Source of the DNA: Circinaria calcarea
Lineage: Eukaryota
Direction of reading: 5' to 3'
DNA: 40,479 nucleotides
Assembly (NCBI GenBank): GCA_051942165.1
Contig: JAVECS010000023.1
Location: 1-40,479 of the forward strand
Each line of letters opens with the position of its first letter. The first letter of the stretch is position 1. Position numbers and translations under genes: made by a program. This document shows positions 24,554 to 36,096 of the stretch, one piece after another. A model generated the notes under the pieces. That model had not been told where the DNA came from, searched no databases, and worked only from the letters and a program-made list of their open reading frames with translations.

Positions 24554-26313
24554 ATGGCATCGGTGGATAGCAGTGACCCGCAAATGCGTCGCGAACATCA
24601 TGGTGATGCCCTTGCCACTAAGCTGGTTGATAGGACCGACCGCTTAGAAAAAAAGACAAGGCGGAAGACTCCAGGATCGGGTGGAGGCAAGAAAGGTCCA
24701 GCAGGCGGCTTCGAGGATACTCCTGTCCCCAGAGCCGTTCCGGGATACACCCTCAAATTCACATTCCACCGCGCCACCAATCTACCAACGGCCGATTTGA
24801 ACTCCTGGTCCTCGGACCCGTATGTGCTCGCTCAGTTGAATACCTCCTTACCCAAAAGGCATAAGCAAGATCCGAATCTGAAATTCCGTACTCCCACAAT
24901 CAGGCGCAGCACAAACCCCGAGTGGAACAGAGAATGGATGGTAGCTAACGTACCTGCAAGCGGGTTTAAACTCAAGGCAAGGATATATGATGAAGACCCG
25001 GCCGACCACGATGACAGGCTGGGCAACGTGCATGTTAACGTCGATCGTATCAGTGAGGAATGGGAAGGGATTCGAGAGCAAGCCTATAAAATCAGGAAGC
25101 GAATGGGGAGTAAACGAGCATACGCGATCCGTGGCTGCGCAGCCATGTTCAGCAAGCGAGTGTACATGTCTGGCGACCTCATTGTTAGCGTCCAATTACT
25201 GGGTCGAAGTCGAACAGAAAATGGAGGTAGAATGTATACCATTGGACCCTGCGACTGGACACAGCACTTGAGTCCTCTCATCGGGAGGTTGACAGGTACA
25301 AAAGATCCTAAAGACGACAACGACGAGAAGAAGACAGAAAAATACAAGTGTGTAACATGATTACTTTCTTCGCGAGAAGCCCATCCTAATGCCGTCCTAG
25401 CTTCCAAGCGAATCAGATACAGCTCGCCGGCCCAGTACCAGACTCTCTATACCATCGCTATGTTGAATTCAAGCCATTCGTCGCCGGCATGTTCACCTCG
25501 CATTCCTTGCGCGGTCGGCTCCTCAATCGCGCGCTGCACCATCAACACTCCCGCGTTTACAATTATGACCGCACAACAGTGTACGGATCGTTCCTGTCCC
25601 CCTCAAAGGACATGTCCCTTCAATTTCTAAAAATGGTCCATTACGATCAAGGGGGTCGAATCTTCACATATATCCTGACCCTCGATGGCTTGTGGCGCTT
25701 CACAGAAACTGGCAAGGAGTTTGGTATAGACATGCTTTCTAAACATACTATGCATAGTGACGTCAGTATATACATAGCCTTCTCTGGCGAGTTCTTCATT
25801 CGACGTCTCACAACTCCGTGGAAAGATCCTGATGAGCAGGATACTCACCCACCCGCTGAAATTAACGGTGGCTTTCCGAAAGATAAATCACCCAAAGATC
25901 CAGGATATTACCAACTCGTCATAGACAACGACTCTGGCACTTATCGTCCTAACGCGAAGCTTCTCCCTCAACTTAAAGACTTTTTGCACCGGAATCTCCC
26001 TGGTCTCAAAATCACTTCCCTCGACTGCATAGACGATAAAGAAAAAATGGACAAGATGAAAGAACAGCAGCGCGAGCGACGGAAAGCTGAAGGGGAGGCC
26101 CGAGCGTACGTCCAACCAGATGACGCAGGCAGTATCTCCTCTAGCGACGAAGAGGAGCTGGACGCGGCAGTGGGTCAATCGCCAGTCAAGGGAAAGCTTT
26201 CTCGAGCTAAAGATAGGATTGCGGAGCCAAAGGATGCCATCCGGAACTGGGTGCAGGGGGACCAAGAGAGGGAACGAGGGGAAGGACAGGAGGATATGGC
26301 GGTTGCCGGATAG
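24554..26313 (+). CDS. Fungal C2-domain-containing protein
   Basis: C2 motifs YTLKFTFHRATNLP, SSDPYV, STNPEWN and IYDEDPADHDDRLG. Intron 25348-25400 joins KY-N-FQANQIQL. Conserved-looking C-terminal block FTETGKEFGIDMLSKHTMHS...IDNDSGTYRP. Confidence 0.88.
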
Positions 26314-27369
26314 CCATGCGCGGGCGCATTGAACATTGACTTGACCAGGAAGATTGATGTGCGGAACTGTATAGCGGTAGGCGTTAAATTCCCTAGGTGG
26401 CTTCTGCGCATGTTTACGATTCCCTATTGAGCGGTTAGTGGCCGTGACTTGCCCCTATTGCCTATTTCACGTTACCCGTTCGATGTATCTTCAACAGCCA
26501 TCCAAATTACGTTCATGCCTTCTCATGCAGTGTCTCTATAGCTGTCGGTGAATGTACCACATCGATTTAAGCACGCGCTCGAAGCTCTCAGGCGTGATGT
26601 GGCTCCAAGATCCCACTTGCCCTCCATCGTTTCTTCTCTCCAAATTGCCTCTTCGGCCAAAGTTCCTGCCGCCAGTGACAACCATTGTCGAAATTCGAGC
26701 ACATTCCGCTTTCCCATCCGCCAAACCCTTTCCGGGAAACCTTGTCGCACCTGAGTAGTGTCCCCCTCTACAAATCTCTCCGACGTCCAGGACGCAACCA
26801 GTGGACGGTTAGCACAAGAACTCGTGGTGAAGGTTCTATCGGTCCGGCTGATCGCCGCATTGCCCTTGCAACGAGCGATGACATATCAGAGGTCGTCCAT
26901 TGGTCAGGGCAACAAGAGAAAGATTTCACGGGATAGCTTCCCCACAGAACTTCCGGCTCGATCCAGTAACGACTGCTGCCAATGTGATGTAAACAGGCTG
27001 CATCTCATCCATCTGCGTGCCGGTTGATCCCCTTGGGAGGTGTCACACTCCTAGAGAAACCAATGCGGCTAGGTTACTTTTTTCACGGTTAGGGTCCATG
27101 GTGCCAATCTCTTTTTGCTCCAGTATGTGGATCGTTAGCTGGACTGGTCTCTTGACCCTTCTTCATTAAGTATTACTCGCCGCATTGATATTATACCTGA
27201 ACCCAATGCATGTCAAATACATATCATAACCAACCGCCCCCTAAGGATGCTCCCAGAGGTATCATTATCAAAGTTCCAAGAATCTGTCTCCCCCTCACAA
27301 ACGCCAGCCGAGACACAGATAAAGCAAGTACATACTCAGTCAATATACCACTGCAGGGATATGTACACC

Positions 27370-30300
27370 TCACGTCCCAACTCCCCTTCCGGCAAACCTA
27401 TTGCCTGCACTAGCCCTCTTCTGAAGTCTATCCCTCTCTTTCTCCGTTGCGCTGGTGGGCGACTTGATGTTTGGCAATGCCCCCAACGTATCTCCACTGC
27501 TACCACCGTTTCGTGCGGCCTTTTGCTCTATGTACAGCTGAGCCGCCGGCGATAGAGGGAACGCAGGCGGTGTGCTGGGAATTTCCCCGCCATTTTGGAC
27601 TATCAACTCTGCGATAGGAAAGGCCACGGTTTGGGGAACAGATTGAGTGATGCCCCGCTGACTAGGGGACGAGGTTGTGGATTGCGATGCGCTGCTCGGG
27701 TGGGGCGAAGCGGGGTCAGCGGCGGCGAGGGCGAGGAAAACCGAGTGGGTGTTGCGCGAACGGTCGGTGGCATTGGGATTGGCGCGAAGAGCTAGAGCGT
27801 AAAGCACACCTTGAATGTCGTTCTTCTTGACCGAGGCTAGAAGTGTCTCGTCTGCGGTGGAATAGTGGGATAAGGTCGAAGATATAGGGTTCACAAACAC
27901 TCTCTCGGCATACTTGTCCGTTATGAAGCGAAGACGTTGGTCACGCGTTGCTTGCGAACTCAATTTCTGTGATGCGTCGAGTCTCGCTTCCCACACCATA
28001 TTACTGACGCGATTACCAATTTGTAAGATAAGCTCAACGATATCGGTGGTGAACGAGGTCGTGTCAAGAGTAAGAGATCGTACTTTGGATATATGAGTCC
28101 CCAATGAGCGATGGATGCCACTGCATTCAATGCAGAGCACTATTCCAAGGTTAATGGAAACCCATTCGGTCTTGGTTCCGGAACCACAGTCAGCGCACCA
28201 GCAATTGCCTTGGTCATTGTCCCGGACTAGCTGTAGAAGCTTGGATGGGTTTTCCTCGTAGCTTTTGCTACCAGCCCGCACGTACGGCGGTCGCGCACCA
28301 ACCGTGATCCTCCTGGAGACGCTGCTTGCTGAGGGACTAGACGTAGAGTGATGCATATGATGCCCAGTGTATGACGAAAGCTTTCCAGTGAGGACCGACC
28401 CAATATCGCGTTTCATGGATCCCTCATTGGTTGGCGAAGATTGAAAGGACTGCGGCTGACTTCGACCTTCGAAAGCACTCTGAAGGGCGTTGTTAATGGC
28501 ATTAATCCAGTTGTTCATGTCGTCCTCCGAAGTAGCTTGATAGACTCGTTTATAAGATGGCGTGATCACCTCAAAGCAAAACCTTCGTTCCGCGCTGCGG
28601 GCTTCCCGGACTGACGCAATTCGGAGGTCAATGGGTTCCATATGTAAATCCAGTCTTTCCTTCCAGTTACTGTACTCTGATAACCGGCCTTGGTCGAGTA
28701 CAATCCAAAACCTGGTCTAGTTAGTCATGATGCCCTGAAAGTAGGGTTCACCTTACTTGTGCCAGGCCTGCTTGTTCAGACCCCGTGGATCTACGTGTGA
28801 GCCCGGTCTGCTGAGAGCCCATAACAAGCCTTCCTTACGGTGCTGTCCAGGTGACGTCTCTGTGTTTGTAGCTCCGTTATGATTCTTATCTTCGAGATCT
28901 CGAATACCCTTGAACTTGTTCTGTTCCGGACTTGTGACGGGGGTTCCACTAATTGAGCGAAGACTGGGCGAAGGAGCAAGGCCGTTACTTGGTAGCGAGC
29001 TAGAAATCAGTGAACCGTATTGCGGGGTTGTCGAGGGTGTATAGTTAGCACCGCTACGACCATTACTATCAGACCGGGCCAGCTCAGACTCGGGCGCGGC
29101 ACTTCCATTGCTAGAGCCTGGCATAGTCAATGCGCCGTTGGCGGTGCTGGCCTCCGGTTCAACGTATTGTTTCGTACTCTTTTCCAGCGTCCGGCGCTTT
29201 TCCTCCCTTTCTGTGCGCTGGAATTGGAACTCTTTATCCGCTTCACTTACTTCACGTATCAGGGCTTCAAGCTGTGGGATCATCTCTTCAACCTTTTTGG
29301 CGGTCGCTAGATAGCTCTTCGCTTGTGTGTCCGCATACCTTGTGAGATGGGAAAGTACTTCCTGCTCCTTTCTCCCACCGTGCAGGTCTTGCATAAAGGA
29401 TGAATAATCAAACCGCTTCAGTTCGAAATCCCGTCTCTTACTTTGGTATTTTGAATCACTTTCATTTCGCTTCTTTTCTTTAAGTGAGTCTTGACGTTGA
29501 CCCAAATAACGACTTACATATGCGTAGTAGTCCTTACTCTCATCTTCAAAGTCTTTCTTCTTGGCTTCAGCTTGCTTGATGTCGATGTTATATAGTCTAG
29601 ATAAGGGATCAATAATGAGCTTTTGGAGGGTGACAGTATTTTGCTTTTCGTAGAGAAGGATCTCCCTGGCAATCTTCTCGAAGTAATGCTCCAGAGCAGG
29701 CTGCACGGCGTTTGCATTTGATGCAGAAGCTTCTCTCAGAGCCTCCATGAATGCTCCGACGGCATCATTGCATTCGACCTGGGCTGCTTGGGCTGCCTCT
29801 GCTTTCCGGAGCACCTTTTTCATCCTTGTCCGCATGTTCCCAGTCTTCTGTTCGAGTGCCTTCATTGTTGCACGAAACAGCGGTCCGTCCTCCACAGCGC
29901 TCATGTCATCCCCCGGTCTTTGGCATAGGATATCGACTTTCACAGGATCCTTTGTGTTCACTGTTAGCAGTGACAAATTGCCCTCTAATATGTCCACAGG
30001 TGATGGTAGCTCTCGATAGTCGCTGTGCCCTTCCGAATCACTCAGGGCTGATTGGACAGACTGGGACGAGGGCACACGGAGCCGCGGAGGGACCCGCATT
30101 TCATACTGCGGCGGCGAAGGAAGCCTTGGACTGCTCAGAACTCGTTGTGTGTTATGCACCCAAAAAGAAAAGGTCGCAAGGGGGTTGAGCCTGTGCGCTC
30201 TCTGATCATACTCAGCGAAAGTACAAGTGTTGCGCCAACCTCCGCCTCTATCTTCTGCAATCTTCGGCGGTCGCCATTTCCATGACCAGTCAAGCTGAAC

Positions 30301-30915
30301 AGAGGGAGATCCCGCTGTAGAATAAGCAGCCCTCACCAGCTCAACGTTTGAATTCTTGTGTAGATTTATATCGGCATGGAATTCTCTTGTGACGAGAATA
30401 TCCAGATCTTTCTTGTTCGACGCAAAGGCGAAAGTAAGACCATTGATAAAAGTATCGACTATAGCATTGCTGACACCCCCACTACATCCCGCCTGACTTG
30501 TGATTTGCCGTACCACGAATGAAAACTGGAAGTTCAGCTCATCATCATTGTTCAGACGCAGGAGGAAGGAGGGGACAGGTGAGGCTGGTGAAACTTCCGG
30601 ATCCTGGCGGCACATATCAGTTTGGACACTTCTTTCAGGTAGTTCCTTTGCCTACCTGTACATACTCTACGGGGCATTCGTCCCCAACGTCACGCTTCGC
30701 TATTATTCTGGTAGCCGGGTACGCATTGGGGATCACATGGAGTAATGTCCGTCGTCGCGAATTCGTAATTGTGAGAGACGTGACAGAGACTGCCTCCCAA
30801 TGTTCTTTAGCATGAGGTCGACCGGAAAGATAAAAGGGTTGCCTGGCTCACAGCGATTCTGATCTCTTACGTACAAGGAGCTACCCTCCTCGGAGTGACT
30901 GCTGACATTCCCCAT
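27370..30915 (-). CDS. Centaurin-type ArfGAP with BAR, PH and ArfGAP domains (Csx2/Age1-like)
   Basis: BAR segment EDGPLFRA...; PH segment KEGLLW...WHK|FWIVLD...WINAI; zinc finger CADC-x17-CIECSGIHR. Introns 30851-30790, 30655-30604 and 28756-28712. Confidence 0.93.
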
Positions 30916-31901
30916 TGCTGTCGAGGCCCAAGCCAGATACGAGACGATCACGCTCGATTGAGCGCGGTATGTATCACGAGAGGATGAACAGGACGTGTAT
31001 CATCATCTACATCTGCCAAGAAACTCCACGGAACACAGACGAGAGGCCGATATTCCTCGGCGGAAGTCTCATGTGTGCTGGCTCCGAATGAACCGGCATC
31101 CATCAAGACTGCATGTCCTTTGTGCAGAGGGGGCCGTGGAGACTGTACTCTATTGGCGGGGACCGCGGGCGTCGACCTTTGCTTAGAAGGTACTGCAAGC
31201 AAGGGATCTAAGAGGGCTTAGCCATAAGTCTTGTTTATCCAAAGAAGTGCTGGATGAGGGTAGAGCGTAAGGAGCTCGTTGGTGCATATGAGGAGGACTA
31301 CAATCTCCAGGAGGGTGGGAGTGGGTATGACCACTCATGTTGATTCAGTGCCGGGCCGCGCTCGAGCCTAACTCTAGCGCAGGTGCCCGAGTCGCGAAGC
31401 CGAGAGTCCGGGGTACTAAGCACTTAGAATAAGGTAGGTCATGGTACCCGAGTATTCATACACAGTAATTGGGGGCCTTCGGCGGTTTTGGTTGGTTAAA
31501 CCAATGTCGCTGCAGGCATAAAATAATAGTGGGCGCAGCCCAAAAATACCCTATATAACTCGGGTGTAAGCGGACCTTATGATATTAGGCTTAAGGTATC
31601 GGGCGTCTCTTCTTCGCGCTGACCAGCAAAGCCATACACAATACCTCCACTGAGGAGAACGTGGAAGATCAACAACCGCGATTGATGGCTCTACAGGCCA
31701 ATACTGCAGCTTTGGTGGATGGCTACTGAGGCCTAGATTCCAATTGTATGTCCATCTCTCTCTTTGCTTGTCTTCCGACTGTTCCCCAGAATGGTGTATG
31801 GTGAGTAGTTTGATATCAGTCATGCTTCTACGCCGTATCGTGATTAGGGAACCTTAATACCTGCCATTCTTTTTTTTGCTGTACTTGACGACATCTCTGC
31901 A

Positions 31902-32952
31902 ATGCCATCCTTCACTGAAGCAATCTCGGTGAAGGCTGTTGATTCCCAGACCTACTCAGCTTTCCTCCCCCTAGAATGGTCTATTGGCACTGGTATAGTC
32001 CCGTTTCAAAAGTGGCCAACTGAGCTCTTGGGACCAATCTTGTGCTTAGTCACCCATGGAGGTTATGCCACTTCCTACATGCTTTCGGTCGCTCGCCTTC
32101 ATTTCAGTACCATCTTGACTTTTCTGAATCAACCGCGTACCCTTGCACTGCATCTTACCTTCCTCCGCCGCACCTCCATCGGTCCTGCAGTCTTCAATGA
32201 CAAGGATACGAAACTCGGCAGGCAAACTTCCATCATTGACATCTCACTTGTGCAAGGTTCGGATCGTGAGGGGGTTGTTGGCTATATAACTAACTCAAAA
32301 ATCTCCTCCGAATTGGGTCTGACTCTATCCACTAGTTGGTCATTGATACCACCGCCTCCTCCTACGGATCTCGCTCGGTTGGCGAAGAATGATGATCGGT
32401 ATTGGAAGTCGCAGGAGAAGATGCCGTTTGCCAACTTCCGCAAGACATTCAATAACGGTCGGTTTCACTTTCCCCGGAGCGGCCAGCTAGAGAAAAGTTC
32501 ATCAGACCAATAGTTTCCATTTGCCGATGGGGAACGGTTCACTATAGAAAGCCTAGGCTTCGTAGCTAATTTATTTCAGCAGGGCATACAGACTTATCAA
32601 GATGACAAGGGTAGATCGGTGCCCCCAACTACATAAGATCATGAACGTTAAGAAAGTCTAGAAGACTTTAGGGCAAAATCTCCCAAGAGCCAATTGGCTC
32701 GCTTCTAGACCCCGACCATCCTATTACATCTAGAAGTCAAGAAAATCCTACCTCCTGGAGGCGTGGAATAGCTCTTCTTGCGGGTCAGGTCGAAGCAGAT
32801 CAATATTGGGCGTATGGATCTGGAGGTTGTAATCCTGGATGAACAGGACGATATCGTTACTTTGACTCAGCATGTTTGTTTGAGTGGATTCAGCCAGAAA
32901 TACGGCCGAGAGGCAATGCAAGGAGAAGATCGAGGGAGAGAGCAAGCTGTAA
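31902..32952 (+). pseudogene. Double hot-dog thioesterase-family pseudogene, ancestrally peroxisomal (SKL)
   Basis: Motifs WSIGT|VTHGGY and LHLTFLRRTSIGPA; intron 31993-32049. In-frame stops at 32511 (TAG), 32634 (TAA), 32649 (TAA), 32706 (TAG) and 32769 (TAG). A frameshift near 32883 precedes VDSARNTAER...GESKL*. Confidence 0.85.
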
Positions 32953-33425
32953 GAAAATTTGCGGGAATGGCGTATAGGTCCATAAAGGAGTTCATGTAGA
33001 AGCAGTATATGTACGGTTTTTATTAATATAGAATTAGGAATCCCCGGGCACTTGTAATAATCTTTTACTCTATCCCGTTCATTCTATATAAATTCTATCA
33101 AGTGGACTGTTCTACTCTATATCTGTAAGATTCAGAGGCGAATGGGATGACGGGTTGGATGGAAAGGAATTGACAATCTATAAATGGTACTTTCGATCCC
33201 GATTAGTGCCCTAGGGTCGTTTACTTCGGCATATTGACAAGGCTGATAAGCTTGAATATGGGTGGGGGAACGTGAGGGAAGTGTGAATATAAATTCTAGT
33301 TCGAGTCTAGCTATAGGATACGAGGATGTTCTCGTACCCAGTTGATCTGTTTTTCGGTGTTACTTCCGCGCTTTCTGGCGAAGCCGTATCGAGCAAACTT
33401 ATAGGCCGCAAACTAGCTCAAAATT

Positions 33426-35435
33426 CTAGAGCTCACCAACAAAGTCGCCTTCCTGAATGATCGAGTCCTGTGCGTTTGGCACCCCAATCAAAGCAAACCC
33501 AGCTGGCACAACGGCGTCTTTGATGTTGAAGCACCCAAACGCGGTTACTTTCATCATCGTTGGGCAGGACTTGAAAATACCTGCTAAAATCGTAGTATCT
33601 ATCCTTGTCAAGAACGAGATATTGATATCTTTGAGATGGGGATATTGCTGGACGCCGTCGAAGACCTCAGCAAAGGCTTCATGGGTGATGTGGCGACAGG
33701 AACTGATATCCAAATGCTCAATCAGAGAGCCGGAATGCTTGATCAAAGCCTTAAAACCAGCGGAGGCAAGGCCTATAGGGTCGTCTGGGCCGTTGGGGTT
33801 TGTATAATCAAGGTCACGATTACTGTTGAGGTCGATAAAGCTAAGGGGTGGATTCGCCCAGTCGGTAAAGAGAGCCACAAACGCAGCATCCGTGCAGTAG
33901 TCGTTTTCGGTGAATCGAAGTTTGGAGAGCTTGTGACAGGAGGAGTGAATAGTCTGAAGAATACTATCCTCTGCGTTTTCGAACTTTTCCAACGACAACG
34001 TGTGAAGTTTAGCTCCAACAGCCTCTATAAGACCAGTTATATAAGCGGAGGACGTCGGATGTATGAAACGCAGAGATAGATGCTCTAGTTCCTTCAATTG
34101 TCCAATTGTCTCGAGAGAGGCATCTCCGACTTTGAAGCATTTTTTCATCTTTAATCGTTTCAGGTTAGGACAGCCCAGGACCAGATGCATCACTGTTTCA
34201 TCATCCATGGAGTAATCCAGCCATGATAACTTCAGCGTCTCCAGCATGAGACCCCGTCTCTTGAAGAATTCACGCCATTTGTTATCAGACACAAGGTTCG
34301 AAGCATCAAGTTGCAGATGCTTCAGAGGAATCCTCCGTTCAATGATATAATCGATGACCTCGTCCTTGATCTGACCTGCTTGGCGCAAGTTGAGGGTTTC
34401 GAGCTTGGGGATGATTGAGAATATCTTGATGAAGTCCGCAACTTCAAGTTCTGCCGATACTGACTAAGTGTACCTCGCTACGGACATTTGGGAAAACTTA
34501 CTGCCACAGTCGTAGAGAGCCACGGTGTCTAGATCTGGTCGAAGAAATAAATCCAGTGTCCTTGGGGTAATGGCTCGTCTCCTTGAGAGAATTTGACTCA
34601 GTCTATCAAGCAATGCTGGAGGAAGGTCGCCGAAGTCTTCTACGGCATGTATGTAGTGGGCAACTTTCTAATCCATATTAGAGATGCTAGATTTATCATG
34701 CGGACAAGCATATACCTCGACGCATATCTCCTGTAATGATTTAGATCCGTTATGTACTATTCCATCTAACAAGTCGCTCTGGACTTGCCGTTGCTTGGCT
34801 CGATTTGCAGCTTGCTTCTTTGGTTTGATATCCTTTTTCTTTTCCGCTTCCTGCTCCTTTGAGCACCTGGCACAGAGGAGTCCTCCATCAGGACCGGTCT
34901 TGCTGTAAGCCGTGACGGTGAAGCGTTTGTCACATATTTCGCAGTTTTCTAGTTGACCAGGCAGTGGCTTCGACTTGGCATACATATCCCAAGCAATATC
35001 GTCCTCATCTCCATCAGGGTCACCTTCGGTGTATGCCTTCCGCCGTTTAAAATCCTTGCTCTGCTTGATCTTGGCTATGGCCTTGTCTTCCTGCCGCTTC
35101 CGCTTCTTTTTCTGCTCCGCTGTCTCGATTCGCTCTTCCTCCTCGGCTTCGGGTACCGCGGCTTCAGTGCCGGCGGCTTCTTGGGGTGCTTGCTGCTGTG
35201 CAGCTTGCCTACGTTGTTCGTAATCATCGCGAATCTGGGCGGCGGAGATGTTGTTCGAGGCTAGAAAGTCTGTCAAAGCAGATTGGCTAGCTCCGCACAA
35301 TGTCAGTGTCGGCGCATGGAAAGCTCTGGGTGTTCGCTCACGGCCCTCTGATGCGATTATTTGCAGCTCGTCGTCCCGACCTGTCTTCTATCAGATGGAA
35401 GCTAGTGAAGGTAACATAACAGTTGATACAAACAT
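33426..35435 (-). CDS. RAD7: Nucleotide excision repair protein Rad7 (LRR protein)
   Basis: Spliced start MSGRRAANNRIRGPQSALTDFL; PGQLENCEICDKRFTVT; Elongin C-binding-like SLQEICVEKVA; leucine-rich repeats. Introns 35433-35381, 35341-35287, 34715-34668 and 34501-34451. Confidence 0.93.
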
Positions 35436-36096
35436 TGCGCGTCCGTAAAGCAAGGTCGTCGGAGGTCGAAATAACAGAGTGGAGCGTTCAAAAGAAAGAC
35501 GATGGGGAATCCTGATCGCCAAACACCTGGTCGCCTCAGAAGTACATTAGTTGGGGGCCGAGGCGCGGCATGCACTACTGTGGTCGCAGGGGAAATTGTT
35601 CATAGCTCGGCGCTAAAGTCACTAGAATCCTCACTCAGACTATTTAATTTTCCAGGTATTTTAACTCCATTTCCTATTCTGATTGGTTCAATTAGTACAC
35701 ATACGAAGTACTAGAAGTAAATAATAAAGCTTTTCCGGAGTTTAACTGAACCAGGCATTGATCTACTAGCGCCGAGCTATGAACAATTTCCCCTGCGACC
35801 ACAGTAAAAGTGGTAGGGGGGGGGGGTTCGCGTTAATTCGCGTGGGTGGCGATCTCAGCTCTAGAGGACGGATTAGGACCAAAGGGGCTGTGGGGTTTTG
35901 CCGAAGTCTCAAATCTCCGTTGCACCGGGACACCTTCCTTCATCTACGGTTTCTCTGTCACATCCATTGCGAGTAGGCTTCTATATCTTCTGAAAGGAAC
36001 GGCCGCCTCCAAGTTCGACGATATACGTACCCATTCCAGTCATCCTTGACGCAAGGGGGATTTTACGACCAACACCTAGAATCCGAGGGCTCGGAG
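35436..36096. promoter_or_regulatory. Shared bidirectional promoter region of RAD7 and RAD16
   Basis: 661 bp between divergent start codons. Contains a G11 run (35816-35826) followed by TTCGCGTTAATTCGCGT (two CGCG-core elements). Confidence 0.6.

Noticed and set aside
26523..27027. Overlapping short ORFs between the C2 and ArfGAP 3' ends
   Set aside because: No consistent splice model or recognisable protein; probably UTR or intergenic.
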